Virus record (IMG/VR): IMGVR_UViG_2802429247_000007 | Location: 1-30,935 of that record | Direction: 5' to 3' (one strand) | DNA length: 30,935 nucleotides | Origin: a virus | Taxonomy: Duplodnaviria > Heunggongvirae > Uroviricota > Caudoviricetes | Part shown: in pieces, positions 1 through 7,839 of the stretch | Numbering within the stretch: position 1 is the first letter of the stretch | Layout: each line of letters begins with the position of its first letter | Notes under the pieces: model-generated | Database searches by the model: none | Seen by the model: only the letters and a program-made list of their open reading frames with translations | Told to the model about the DNA's origin: nothing | Translations under genes and position numbers: made by a program

Positions 1-1119
1 CTAAATGACCAGCTTTACCCATTCCTGGCCGCGAGTGTCGTTGTATCGATCTGTTGTTGCCTGCACCTTGTGGCCCAGTAACGTTTTAGTGTCGATCCCC
101 TGTGCGCGATATAGCCGTTCGGATAAAGAGCGCTGTTCGTGGAATGTGGTTGGCGTTTTTCCTGCTGGTGGAATTATCCCAGCTAGATCCCGTGCTTTGG
201 CAAAGTAGTCGCTCAGGTTGTCTTTACTCATCGGCTTTGGTTGTTTCTGGTGCCGACTATGGATTAGATATGGACTTAATATTCTGTCTCGGCACCCATC
301 AATAACTTCTTTTAACGTTATCCCAATGGCATCACAGCGTAGTGTAAGCGGTAACGCCAGACGCATTCCGGTTTTTCCCTGGGTGATATGCAAGTGTTCG
401 TTCCACACATCTGAAAAACGCATGTGGCAAATGTCATCACGGCGCTGACCAGTTACAATCGCAAGAAGCATTGCGTTACGGATAAAGTGTTTTTCAGGCG
501 TTGCATTGTAAATTTTTTGCCAGTCTTCCAGGGTGAGTCTGGCTCTGGTTACTTTAGGGATCGGTTTACGGGTAGCCTCCGGAGGATTCCATCCAGGAGG
601 AACTTCCCCTGCATGCTGTGCTTCTTTATAAATATCAACCCATAATCCACGATTTACTCTCGCTGTGCTGACCATGTCTTTATCCAGCCACTCATCCAGT
701 ATTAATGCAAAGTCTCTTACTTCCAGTTCTTTCAATGGGTGGCTTCCCAGACGGGAAACCAGGTATGCAGCCATTCGGGCTTTTTCTTTGTGAGTTGTAG
801 CTGCAATATCTCCATTTTTCAGTCGCGCATCCTGTATTTTCAGATATCGATCAACCCATGCCTTTAATCTGATACCCCGACGTTTTGTTGCTGACGGACT
901 TTCATCAATTTTGCGCATGAAATATTCAGCTTCTGCTGCAGCTATTCGCTGATTGGCTGTGGAAGCGATTTTTTCTGCTTTGCCTTTGTCTGTTCCGAGA
1001 CCGTGAAATTTTCCAGTCACAGGGTTTTTATACTGGTAGTAAACCCTGCCAGTTCTGCGATCAAACTTTTCGTAAAGACCGGTTACGTCAGTGCTGTTTT
1101 TTCGTGGCCTCGGTGACAT
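1..1119 (-). CDS. int: Tyrosine site-specific integrase (lambda Int family)
   Basis: 372-aa ORF; C-terminus ...HEQRSLSERLYRAQG...LLGHKVQATTDRYNDTRGQEWVKLVI closely parallels the lambda Int C-terminal catalytic region (R/H/Y motifs). Stop codon at positions 1-3, so the gene is complete. Confidence 0.93.
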   Translation of the reverse strand: MSPRPRKNSTDVTGLYEKFDRRTGRVYYQYKNPVTGKFHGLGTDKGKAEKIASTANQRIAAAEAEYFMRKIDESPSATKRRGIRLKAWVDRYLKIQDARLKNGDIAATTHKEKARMAAYLVSRLGSHPLKELEVRDFALILDEWLDKDMVSTARVNRGLWVDIYKEAQHAGEVPPGWNPPEATRKPIPKVTRARLTLEDWQKIYNATPEKHFIRNAMLLAIVTGQRRDDICHMRFSDVWNEHLHITQGKTGMRLALPLTLRCDAIGITLKEVIDGCRDRILSPYLIHSRHQKQPKPMSKDNLSDYFAKARDLAGIIPPAGKTPTTFHEQRSLSERLYRAQGIDTKTLLGHKVQATTDRYNDTRGQEWVKLVI

Positions 1120-1366
1120 GAGTTAAAATCTCCTTCAGTGCATCATCATCGCCAGTATGAATTTCCGGCGCAATTCCCGTTTCACCAGGTCCAACAAATA
1201 CTGCCCGGCGATCTATCAGCCAACGCCCACGAATTTTTTGTGGTCTTGGAACGATGTATCCTAGTTTTCCGTATTTCACCAGGGTAGTGTTTGTTATTGG
1301 GAGACTGAACCGTTTTGGTTTCCACTCGTCGAGCGTTATCAGGTACTGTTCGCTCATGGCTATCAC
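1088..1366 (-). CDS. xis: Excisionase (Xis-like)
   Basis: 92-aa ORF immediately upstream of int, overlapping its start as in lambda; basic winged-helix-like sequence (TLDEWKPKRFSLP...RGRWLIDRRAVF). Confidence 0.75.
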   Translation of the reverse strand: MIAMSEQYLITLDEWKPKRFSLPITNTTLVKYGKLGYIVPRPQKIRGRWLIDRRAVFVGPGETGIAPEIHTGDDDALKEILTHVTEATKKQH

Positions 1367-1418
1367 TCCGGAACGCGCCAGTTGCAGAATACCAACGACA
1401 ACTGGCGACGGTTGAACA

Positions 1419-3890
1419 TTAAAAATCAGCCTGGCTCGGGATCAGTTTTTGCCAGATAGCTGAAACGTATTTTGCCTGGTAACGGGCGTCATCAAGTGCA
1501 TTATGGCGCTCACCTTCGAATGGAATAGCCGTTCTGGCATCGAAGTCTATGGCTTTCCCCAGTTCAACGATTGTGCGTACATCGCGATCGTTGCAGTAGC
1601 GCCACGGGCAGGGGATCCCCTGCCGTTCGTATGAACGGCGCAAAATCGTGTTGTCGAAGTTGGCTCCATTTCCCCAGACCTGAACAAAAAACTCACCGGA
1701 GTTTTCGTCGATAAATTCCCGCAATTGTAACAGTGCATCATCTAACGGGATTTCATCGGTCATAATGGCAGATTGCGCTTCGCGTGATTGCTTAAGCCAC
1801 CATTTAATGGTGTCCCGATCAATGACTCCGCCAGCAGTTTCCAGATCGATAGTCTTACTAAATTCCGGTCCCATATCTCCGGTTTGCGGATCGAAAAATA
1901 TTGCACCTATTGAGATAATCGGGGCCTCAGGATTTTTTCCCATGGTTTCAAGGTCGATCATTAGATGGTCACACGTCCTGCTGGTGGATGTGATAAAGTG
2001 ATGACCGTTCATCGTAATTAAGGGATCTGCCGTCTCGCCAGTTTCACTATCGCTGGCGTGGTCCTGAGCGCTGCCAGCATTCTCCTTGTGTGGATGTTCA
2101 GCGCCTTCCATTTTCTCCGAATCGTCTTCCTGAACTTCAACCTGGTTCTTGTCATCGAATGTTTCCTGGTATGTTGCGTCGCCCATCACCGCACCACAAT
2201 CAGGGCAGTTGCCGCCACCGCTCTGACCGCAGGCGGTGCAGATCTTTTCCGGTTCCTGTTGCACTACTGGTTCAGGTTGTTTCGTTTCTGGCTCGTTTTG
2301 TTGCGTATTTGGGCTGTTTTGTTCCGCTTTCTGGTCGTTCTGTTCCGTTTCTTGCTGGTTCTGGTTCACAGAATCGCGGGTTTCAATCCCCTTCACCCAT
2401 TTCGGATCATTCGGATCGCTAATCCCTGCAACAAATTCACCACGTGATACTGCAAGCAGTTCATCGGCGTCAGGCTGGCTGATATTGGCTGCCTGCATAA
2501 TTTTGTTTACTTTGTCAGCGGTAACTTTTACCGGCCCTGGTTGTGCGGTCGTGTCAGATGCACCAGTATTTTGTTGTGAACCTGAGTATGTACCGTTTTT
2601 GCGGGCGAAATATTCTTCTTTCGTGATTTCAGTAGCCCCGGCAGCCAGTGCCTTATCCAGACCAGAAAGTTTGTTTGCGCGACCGTATTTTTCGCCACCC
2701 TTGTCGGTGAAGAGGAAGTAGAACGGCCCCTCACGCTCTACAGATGGTTCGACTTCCACTTTGCATTCGGTTTTTTCGTTGTCCGGAATTGCCGTTTCCA
2801 CTGCATCAGTTTCTGGTACTGGCGACGAGAGAGTATCAGTTGCGCTCTGATTTGTTCCTTCATCTTCAAACACGCCCTTTGTAGTCAGGTATTCAGTAAT
2901 GTATTTGTTCAGTGCCACAGGGTCTTTGTGAATGTCGATCGGACGTTCACGGACAAGGCCAAAAATAGTCTGGCGGTCGTAGCGAAGGGCATCAGGCTGT
3001 TTGCGCATTGATGCCGAGATACGCTTCCAGTCTTCGCGGTCGTTGTCGATAACTTCATTTTTTGCCCAGCGATGGATGCTGCCGTCAATGTTTCCGGCAT
3101 CCACATCACCAGGCCAGAGAGCGTAGGCCAGTTCGTCATCCAGTGTTTTCCATGTCTGCTTGTATTCGCGATGAGTGGCAGCAATGACCGGGTTGATTTT
3201 TCCTGTTGAATTTTCAGTGTGCTGTTGATTGGCTCTGGCGCGGGCGAGATCAACAACAGACGTGTATTTTCCGGTTTCCTTGCGTTCACCTTCGCGACGT
3301 TTTTTCCAGATGCGCATCTCTGCCTGAATTTCGGGCCATTTGGCACCAGGCTTACATTTATGCTTAACCCACCCGATGGCATGCAGCTTAAGCTCCGGAT
3401 ACATGGCGTTAACTTCTGGCATTTTCATCAACGCTTCAACGATATGGCCGTCGAATGTTGCCATGTCTTCCTGCAACAATTCCTGTGCGCTAATCACCAT
3501 ATCAACAGTGATGTTTTCACATGTGTCGAACTTAACCATGACAGCGTTCTGTACTTCAGGGGCTAGGTTGTCAAAAGTGACGTTCATCGGATCGGATTCA
3601 GTCTCGACCGGGACAAAGGAAGCAGACGCCTCATCCCAGCGGTTTTCCTGCATATATTCAGCATCCCAGGAATCGAGGGCAGGGCGGGGTATACCGGGTT
3701 TATCCTCGCAGACAAGAAATTTATAAGCGCAGTCCTGAGCAGCCGGATAATGTTCCAGGAATTGCCAGTGAAATTTTGCGCGTGCGCGACGTTCATCACC
3801 GGCTTCAATGGCAGTGGCTACAGCGACTGCACCTTCTTCCTTTATTGCCTGTTCGTCCGGAATGGCGGCGCAAATAAAGACTTTACTCAT
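1419..3890 (-). CDS. Large early-left exonuclease: C-terminal DnaQ/DEDDh-like 3'-5' exonuclease domain, central Zn-ribbon (CTACG...CPDCG) and Q/E-rich low-complexity linker
   Basis: 823-aa ORF; C-terminal motifs DLETMG...WGNGANFD...HNALDDARY match the Exo I/II/III arrangement of DEDDh exonucleases. Sits where lambda exo / Rac recE lie. Confidence 0.7.
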   Translation of the reverse strand: MSKVFICAAIPDEQAIKEEGAVAVATAIEAGDERRARAKFHWQFLEHYPAAQDCAYKFLVCEDKPGIPRPALDSWDAEYMQENRWDEASASFVPVETESDPMNVTFDNLAPEVQNAVMVKFDTCENITVDMVISAQELLQEDMATFDGHIVEALMKMPEVNAMYPELKLHAIGWVKHKCKPGAKWPEIQAEMRIWKKRREGERKETGKYTSVVDLARARANQQHTENSTGKINPVIAATHREYKQTWKTLDDELAYALWPGDVDAGNIDGSIHRWAKNEVIDNDREDWKRISASMRKQPDALRYDRQTIFGLVRERPIDIHKDPVALNKYITEYLTTKGVFEDEGTNQSATDTLSSPVPETDAVETAIPDNEKTECKVEVEPSVEREGPFYFLFTDKGGEKYGRANKLSGLDKALAAGATEITKEEYFARKNGTYSGSQQNTGASDTTAQPGPVKVTADKVNKIMQAANISQPDADELLAVSRGEFVAGISDPNDPKWVKGIETRDSVNQNQQETEQNDQKAEQNSPNTQQNEPETKQPEPVVQQEPEKICTACGQSGGGNCPDCGAVMGDATYQETFDDKNQVEVQEDDSEKMEGAEHPHKENAGSAQDHASDSETGETADPLITMNGHHFITSTSRTCDHLMIDLETMGKNPEAPIISIGAIFFDPQTGDMGPEFSKTIDLETAGGVIDRDTIKWWLKQSREAQSAIMTDEIPLDDALLQLREFIDENSGEFFVQVWGNGANFDNTILRRSYERQGIPCPWRYCNDRDVRTIVELGKAIDFDARTAIPFEGERHNALDDARYQAKYVSAIWQKLIPSQADF

Positions 3891-3982
3891 TTTGTTTTAC
3901 CTCATTACAGATTTAAGGGTGAACAAATCCCTGCCATTGCTGGCATATAAGAATGAAATCGGATGTTTATTACGGAACTGTT

Positions 3983-4228
3983 TTAAAGACCTGCCGGGAT
4001 TTCGTTATTATCCTGGTGAATAACTTTATCGACCGGGTAACAGTTACCGGGAATTTTCTGTTCGGTTGCTGCAGTCACACACTCCTGCATTGTCCTGTGA
4101 ACACTGACTGCAATATCAACTGGCTCTCCGGAAACAAGAAAAACTGTCAGAACAAGTGCAAATGCTGTATTCATTGCCAGCATCCTTTTTGTATCGGACG
4201 TAAACGAGCCAGCATTGAAAGAATGCAT
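3983..4228 (-). CDS. Hypothetical small secreted or membrane protein (signal-peptide-like N-terminus); alternative start at 4174 (MNTAF...) has a better RBS (aaaggatg)
   Basis: ORF in early-left operon orientation; hydrophobic stretch AFALVLTVFLVSG followed by a Cys-containing mature part. Confidence 0.35.
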   Translation of the reverse strand: MHSFNAGSFTSDTKRMLAMNTAFALVLTVFLVSGEPVDIAVSVHRTMQECVTAATEQKIPGNCYPVDKVIHQDNNEIPAGL

Positions 4229-4464
4229 ATTTTATTTAATAACTCCCGTTCGTGTTTTCTTTTGTTAATGGCATCTTCAGTAAATACAGGGTTACTGATA
4301 GTGACACCAATTTCAAAACAACCTTCAGACGTATTAACGTTTGGTAATAACGTTTCCATTATCGCGTCCTCAACAATGAATTTTGTGATGCAGTGCCTGG
4401 TGCCTCCAGGTGACGTTAACCAGTTAACAATTAACGCCGGATACAGAGAATCCACCCATAACAC
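4171..4464 (-). CDS. Hypothetical protein (GTG start, weak evidence)
   Basis: 97-aa ORF in operon orientation; no recognisable motif; start uncertain. Confidence 0.22.
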   Translation of the reverse strand: MLWVDSLYPALIVNWLTSPGGTRHCITKFIVEDAIMETLLPNVNTSEGCFEIGVTISNPVFTEDAINKRKHERELLNKICILSMLARLRPIQKGCWQ

Positions 4465-4919
4465 TGTTTTTGGTTTTAACTGTTCCGCGTGCGCTCAGCC
4501 GCATTCACCACATCACAAAATTCACTTTAAAAAGGGCGGCAGAGCAGTCACGGAGTAAAACTGATACCGCCAAACGTCACCAGAAAATTGATAACAGAGG
4601 GCGTTGCAGCGGGGTTGTCACTTAAGCGTATGGTCAACCTGACAACCCGGTGTCCTCAACGGGGAAGGAATAACCCCGCCATACTTACCGCCGCGCCATT
4701 TCGCGGAGTGCCACAACCGGAAGCGCACGGTCGACGAAAATTTAACGACAGGCTATCTATGAACCAACTACCTCGCCGTGCGCTTTCGCGTTATGGTCTG
4801 ACTTTTCAGGGAAATATCCTTTCAGTAAACTGTCAGTGCCGGATGTTCACCCGTGTCCGGCGCACGCACTCCACCTCACCCGTGGAGAACTCCTTAATTA
4901 CCAACCCTCAGGAGGGTGA

Positions 4920-5153
4920 ATGTTAAAATCAACTCTTATTGCTAAATGCCTTTATCAAAATCGCATGGTAAGCAGCATTTCAATAGGCGAGTCTGCAGTT
5001 AAAAGTATTTTCGAAGAGTACTTTCCCGGGCATGATTTTAATAAATGGAATACCAAATTACCGCCAGCAGTTTCAACGCGTATTCTGAAAGCAACTGAAA
5101 GAGCAAGTACAATTCGCGTTAACTATTTCATTAAAGATTTGTGGGATCTTTGA
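4920..5153 (+). CDS. Hypothetical 77-aa protein, opposite to operon direction
   Basis: Strong Shine-Dalgarno (aggagggtga) 5 nt upstream of ATG; AT-rich; 3' end overlaps the convergent 135-aa ORF. Confidence 0.3.
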   Translation: MLKSTLIAKCLYQNRMVSSISIGESAVKSIFEEYFPGHDFNKWNTKLPPAVSTRILKATERASTIRVNYFIKDLWDL

Positions 5154-5538
5154 TATCCACCGAGCCTAAAGTATGTGCATATGGATGTGCTATTGTGCGC
5201 CCTCGCAGATTTGCATCATTTTCTAAATTCACTGAACGAAACAGGGCATCAACAAGACTCTGTACAATGCAAAGGCAATCGAAGAGTGTTGCTGTTTCTG
5301 TTTTGATTGATGAAAGAACATGGCCATTCACGCAAACAGAAATTACCCGTTCATTAACGTCGCTTTCCTGCTTTTGATTATCAGAACCATATAGCCCAGA
5401 AAAAGCATTGCGCACATTACGAACCATATTATCGATGGTTTCTTTTTTGGTGTATGCCGGGTCAATTTTCACCAGACTATCACCGAGAGTCGTTGCAGCA
5501 ATTGTCTGGATTTCTTTTGGTAAATCTTTAAATTCCAT
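5131..5538 (-). CDS. Hypothetical early-left protein (135 aa)
   Basis: ORF in operon orientation, tightly packed with neighbours; no recognisable family. Confidence 0.45.
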   Translation of the reverse strand: MEFKDLPKEIQTIAATTLGDSLVKIDPAYTKKETIDNMVRNVRNAFSGLYGSDNQKQESDVNERVISVCVNGHVLSSIKTETATLFDCLCIVQSLVDALFRSVNLENDANLRGRTIAHPYAHTLGSVDIKDPTNL

Positions 5539-5560
5539 TATTAGCCTTGTTGGTTAGCTA

Positions 5561-5779
5561 TTAACGTGGGTATGTAATCATTCTGGCAATGCTTAATGCC
5601 GCTGCTTTTTCCAGATTGGTGATATCCTGCTCCAGAGCGGACAGATTTTCAGCCTGCTTAGCCCTGGCTTCATTGGCCCATTTCAGATCCTGCGCTGCAT
5701 TAATTTTCTGGCGCATCCACTCATAAAGTTCATCATCGGTATAGTCTGGCGCGATGATGACGGGTTCTCGTTTCTGCAT
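5561..5779 (-). CDS. Hypothetical small helical protein (72 aa); possible Kil-like host-interaction protein
   Basis: Good RBS (gaggaa) upstream of ATG; position corresponds to kil/host-interaction genes of Rac/lambda. Assignment is by position only. Confidence 0.45.
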   Translation of the reverse strand: MQKREPVIIAPDYTDDELYEWMRQKINAAQDLKWANEARAKQAENLSALEQDITNLEKAAALSIARMITYPR

Positions 5780-5808
5780 ACTGATTCCTCGCGGTGCTGC
5801 TTCGCTTA

Positions 5809-5937
5809 TCAGCCGTTAGATTTTGCCGAGCTGGAAAGCGCCTGTTTAAACTCACTGAAGCTGAGAGCTTCTTCGCCTTCGGCAAGGCCTTCGAAGTATT
5901 CTTCGTAAGCCTTTTCCATGATTGTGTCGAAATCCAT
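5809..5937 (-). CDS. Small acidic protein (42 aa, MDFDTIMEKAYEEYFEGLAEGEEALSFSEFKQALSSSAKSNG); below the ORF-track size cutoff
   Basis: Hand-translated; start codon 2 nt downstream of the stop of the upstream gene (operon packing); resembles tiny Rac-type prophage proteins from memory. Confidence 0.4.
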   Translation of the reverse strand: MDFDTIMEKAYEEYFEGLAEGEEALSFSEFKQALSSSAKSNG

Positions 5938-5938
5938 A

Positions 5939-6175
5939 TCACTCACCTGAGTTTCTTTCCAGCCAGCGACGGGCACCATTTTCGGTTTTAAACGTTTTGC
6001 TTTTGGTATACGTCATCGCGGTGAATGTGCCGTCCTGGTTGGGAAACACGCCGTACACCAGAGATTCGTTGTTGCCAAGATCGATAGTATCCATGTTGAC
6101 CTCATTTCCCCTTAACGCCGGGGTAGCGGAACAAAAACCTGCTGCATAGTTATTAAAGTTGAACCCTGCCGTCAT
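5939..6175 (-). CDS. DUF1391-like small prophage protein (YdaF-like); likely true start at internal Met, giving 5939..6094 (51 aa)
   Basis: Sequence MDTIDLGNNESLVYGVFPNQDGTFTAMTYTKSKTFKTENGARRWLERNSGE recalled as a Rac-type small protein; RBS (gagg) precedes the internal ATG. Confidence 0.5.
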   Translation of the reverse strand: MTAGFNFNNYAAGFCSATPALRGNEVNMDTIDLGNNESLVYGVFPNQDGTFTAMTYTKSKTFKTENGARRWLERNSGE

Positions 6176-6273
6176 GTTCTTACGCCTCGGGCTGGCTACT
6201 TAACCCCTGACCACTGCCTAGTAACTCGAAGTATTACCCTGCATTCTGTGGGGTGGGGTGAGGGAATGAATGA

Positions 6274-6302
6274 AGTTTAGAAAAATGAACTTTTCAGGTC
6301 AA
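6274..6302 (-). promoter_or_regulatory. Candidate early-left promoter (pL-like): -35 TTGACC, 17-bp spacer, -10 TAAACT on minus strand
   Basis: Hexamers read directly from the reverse complement; lies between cI and the leftward early genes. Confidence 0.45.
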
Positions 6303-6303
6303 T

Positions 6304-6319
6304 GTTTTTTTATCAAAAC
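6304..6319. promoter_or_regulatory. Candidate operator OL: 16-bp inverted repeat GTTTT-TTTATC-AAAAC
   Basis: Same GTTTT-N6-AAAAC architecture as the two sites in the cI-cro intergenic region; abuts the pL -35. Confidence 0.45.
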
Positions 6320-6386
6320 ATTTTAAGCAGGCAGCTGTTAAGCCATCATCACGATGGCATACAGTTAATCAAATAGATGAGGTTGG

Positions 6387-7025
6387 TTAAATATCTTGTT
6401 GAATTTTAAAGCATACGCCCAATATGCAAGATAGATCATCCAGCATAATTGAAGGGTAGCGAGGATTCGTGGGGACTAAAAGAATATCCGGCCCTTCTAT
6501 CTCCAGTTTACGAATGACAGGTGTTGTGGTCCCTTTGGGTAAGGCAAGGACAATATTTCCTGGTTGTACGGTTCGATCGGGATCAACAAAAACTGTTGAA
6601 CCATTTGGGATGGAAACTCCCCCACCAGATGTTGACATACTGTCACTCTCTAGAACAACTGCAAAGGTATTGGCCGGGATTTCTCCGACAAGCTGCACAC
6701 AAGAGGTTATTGAGGAATTTTTCATATAATCACTCCAGCTTGCTGCCTGCTGAAGTGATAGTAGCGGAACCGTTTTTATCGGCGGTAAAGATAGATCAAG
6801 CGAATCACCTGTATTTAACTCTCCTCCATTAAGAAGCCAATTTTCGTTTACTTTCAATATCTTTGCCAGTGAACTTATGTAACGCGAGGACGGCGCTCCT
6901 CCACCGTTCATCCATTGACTTACGGAGCCTTTTGATGCGCCAGTGGCATTGACAAGGTCTTTGCCTTTCAGGTTTAGCGCATGCATACGTTGGGTTATGC
7001 GTTCAGATATTGTTTGCTTGCTCAT
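6387..7025 (-). CDS. cI: cI-like prophage repressor (N-terminal HTH, C-terminal S24/LexA-type autopeptidase domain)
   Basis: 212 aa; HTH region (LKGKDLVNATGASKGSVSQWMNG); C-terminal S24-like region. No leader or SD before the ATG. Confidence 0.92.
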   Translation of the reverse strand: MSKQTISERITQRMHALNLKGKDLVNATGASKGSVSQWMNGGGAPSSRYISSLAKILKVNENWLLNGGELNTGDSLDLSLPPIKTVPLLSLQQAASWSDYMKNSSITSCVQLVGEIPANTFAVVLESDSMSTSGGGVSIPNGSTVFVDPDRTVQPGNIVLALPKGTTTPVIRKLEIEGPDILLVPTNPRYPSIMLDDLSCILGVCFKIQQDI

Positions 7026-7041
7026 GTTTTGATTTTAAAAC
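7026..7041. promoter_or_regulatory. Candidate operator (OR3-like) GTTTT-GATTTT-AAAAC overlapping the pRM-like -10 (TAAAAT, minus strand, 7032-7037); implies leaderless cI mRNA
   Basis: 16-bp inverted repeat directly abutting the cI start codon; -10 hexamer ends 6-7 nt from the ATG. Confidence 0.45.
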
Positions 7042-7058
7042 ACAGATGGTTTTGTTTC

Positions 7059-7088
7059 TTGACTTTCTTTGGTTTTGATTATTAAACT
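7059..7088 (+). promoter_or_regulatory. Candidate pR: -35 TTGACT (7059-7064), -10 TAAACT (7083-7088), with operator GTTTT-GATTAT-TAAAC (7072-7087) over the -10
   Basis: Read directly; same -10 hexamer as the pL candidate; operator copy has one mismatch to the palindrome. Confidence 0.45.
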
Positions 7089-7116
7089 TTTGGCGTTCAG
7101 TTTTATGGAGCGACTC

Positions 7117-7359
7117 ATGAAAAAATCAGAAGTATTAGGCTATTTTGGCGGAGTTGTTAAAACAGCCGCAGCTCTAGGAACGTCAAAAACCACAGTCAGC
7201 ATGTGGGGGGAAGAGGTTCCGTGGAAATGGGCGTTGCTAATTCAGGCAGTCACTGCCGGGGCGCTCAAATATGAGTTACACATACCGACGGTTGTCATTC
7301 CCGGTTCTGATCATAATCCGCCTTCTAACCAAGGGGGGATTCATGAAAATCAAGCATGA
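7117..7359 (+). CDS. Cro-like HTH regulator (YdaS-like)
   Basis: Start at ATG 7117 (MKKSEVLGYFGG...) preceded by ggag; small HTH protein divergent from cI. Confidence 0.75.
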   Translation: MKKSEVLGYFGGVVKTAAALGTSKTTVSMWGEEVPWKWALLIQAVTAGALKYELHIPTVVIPGSDHNPPSNQGGIHENQA

Positions 7360-7768
7360 ACACATCCGCATGGCGATGAATGCCTGGGCGCGTCCTGATG
7401 GCGAAAAAGTTCCAGCAGCTGGAATAACCCAGGCTTATTTTGAGTTGGGTATGACGTTTCCTGAACTGTATGACGACAGCCATCCGGAAGCCTTGGCTCG
7501 CAATACCCAGAAAATTTTCCGCTGGGTAGAGAAAGACACCCCTGATGCAGTTGAAAAAATTCAGGCGTTGTTACCAGCGATCGAAAAGGCAATGCCACCT
7601 TTGCTGGTGGCCAGAATGCGCAGCCACAGTTCAGCTTATTTTCGGGAGCTGGTGGAGACGCGGGAGCGATTGGTGAGAGACGCTGATGATTTTGTCGCAG
7701 TGGCAATCGCCGGTTTCAATCAGATGAACCGTGGTGGCCCGGCAGGAAATGCTGTGGCAGTACATTGA
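7343..7768 (+). CDS. YdaT-like protein (cII-position regulator)
   Basis: ATG at 7343 with RBS aagggggg; overlaps the cro-like gene by 17 nt; sequence resembles Rac YdaT from memory. Confidence 0.55.
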   Translation: MKIKHEHIRMAMNAWARPDGEKVPAAGITQAYFELGMTFPELYDDSHPEALARNTQKIFRWVEKDTPDAVEKIQALLPAIEKAMPPLLVARMRSHSSAYFRELVETRERLVRDADDFVAVAIAGFNQMNRGGPAGNAVAVH

Positions 7769-7839
7769 CTGACAATAGCCATATCGAATCGCTTCCGGCA
7801 ACTCGTGAGTAAAAAGATTCGGTATCAGAAGAGGTGAGT

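Noticed and set aside
2058-2721. Plus-strand ORFs 2058..2447, 2090..2422 and 2236..2721
   Set aside because: They lie entirely antisense within the 823-aa exonuclease gene; low-complexity translations typical of shadow ORFs.
4588-4926. Plus-strand ORF of 112 aa
   Set aside because: Arg/Pro-rich translation from a GC-rich segment, no RBS, and opposite to operon direction; treated as non-coding (see the finding on 4560-4920).
5733-5991. ORFs 5733..5942 (minus) and 5794..5991 (plus)
   Set aside because: Both overlap the better-supported 42-aa acidic ORF (5809..5937) and the DUF1391-like gene in other frames; translations are basic and low-complexity.
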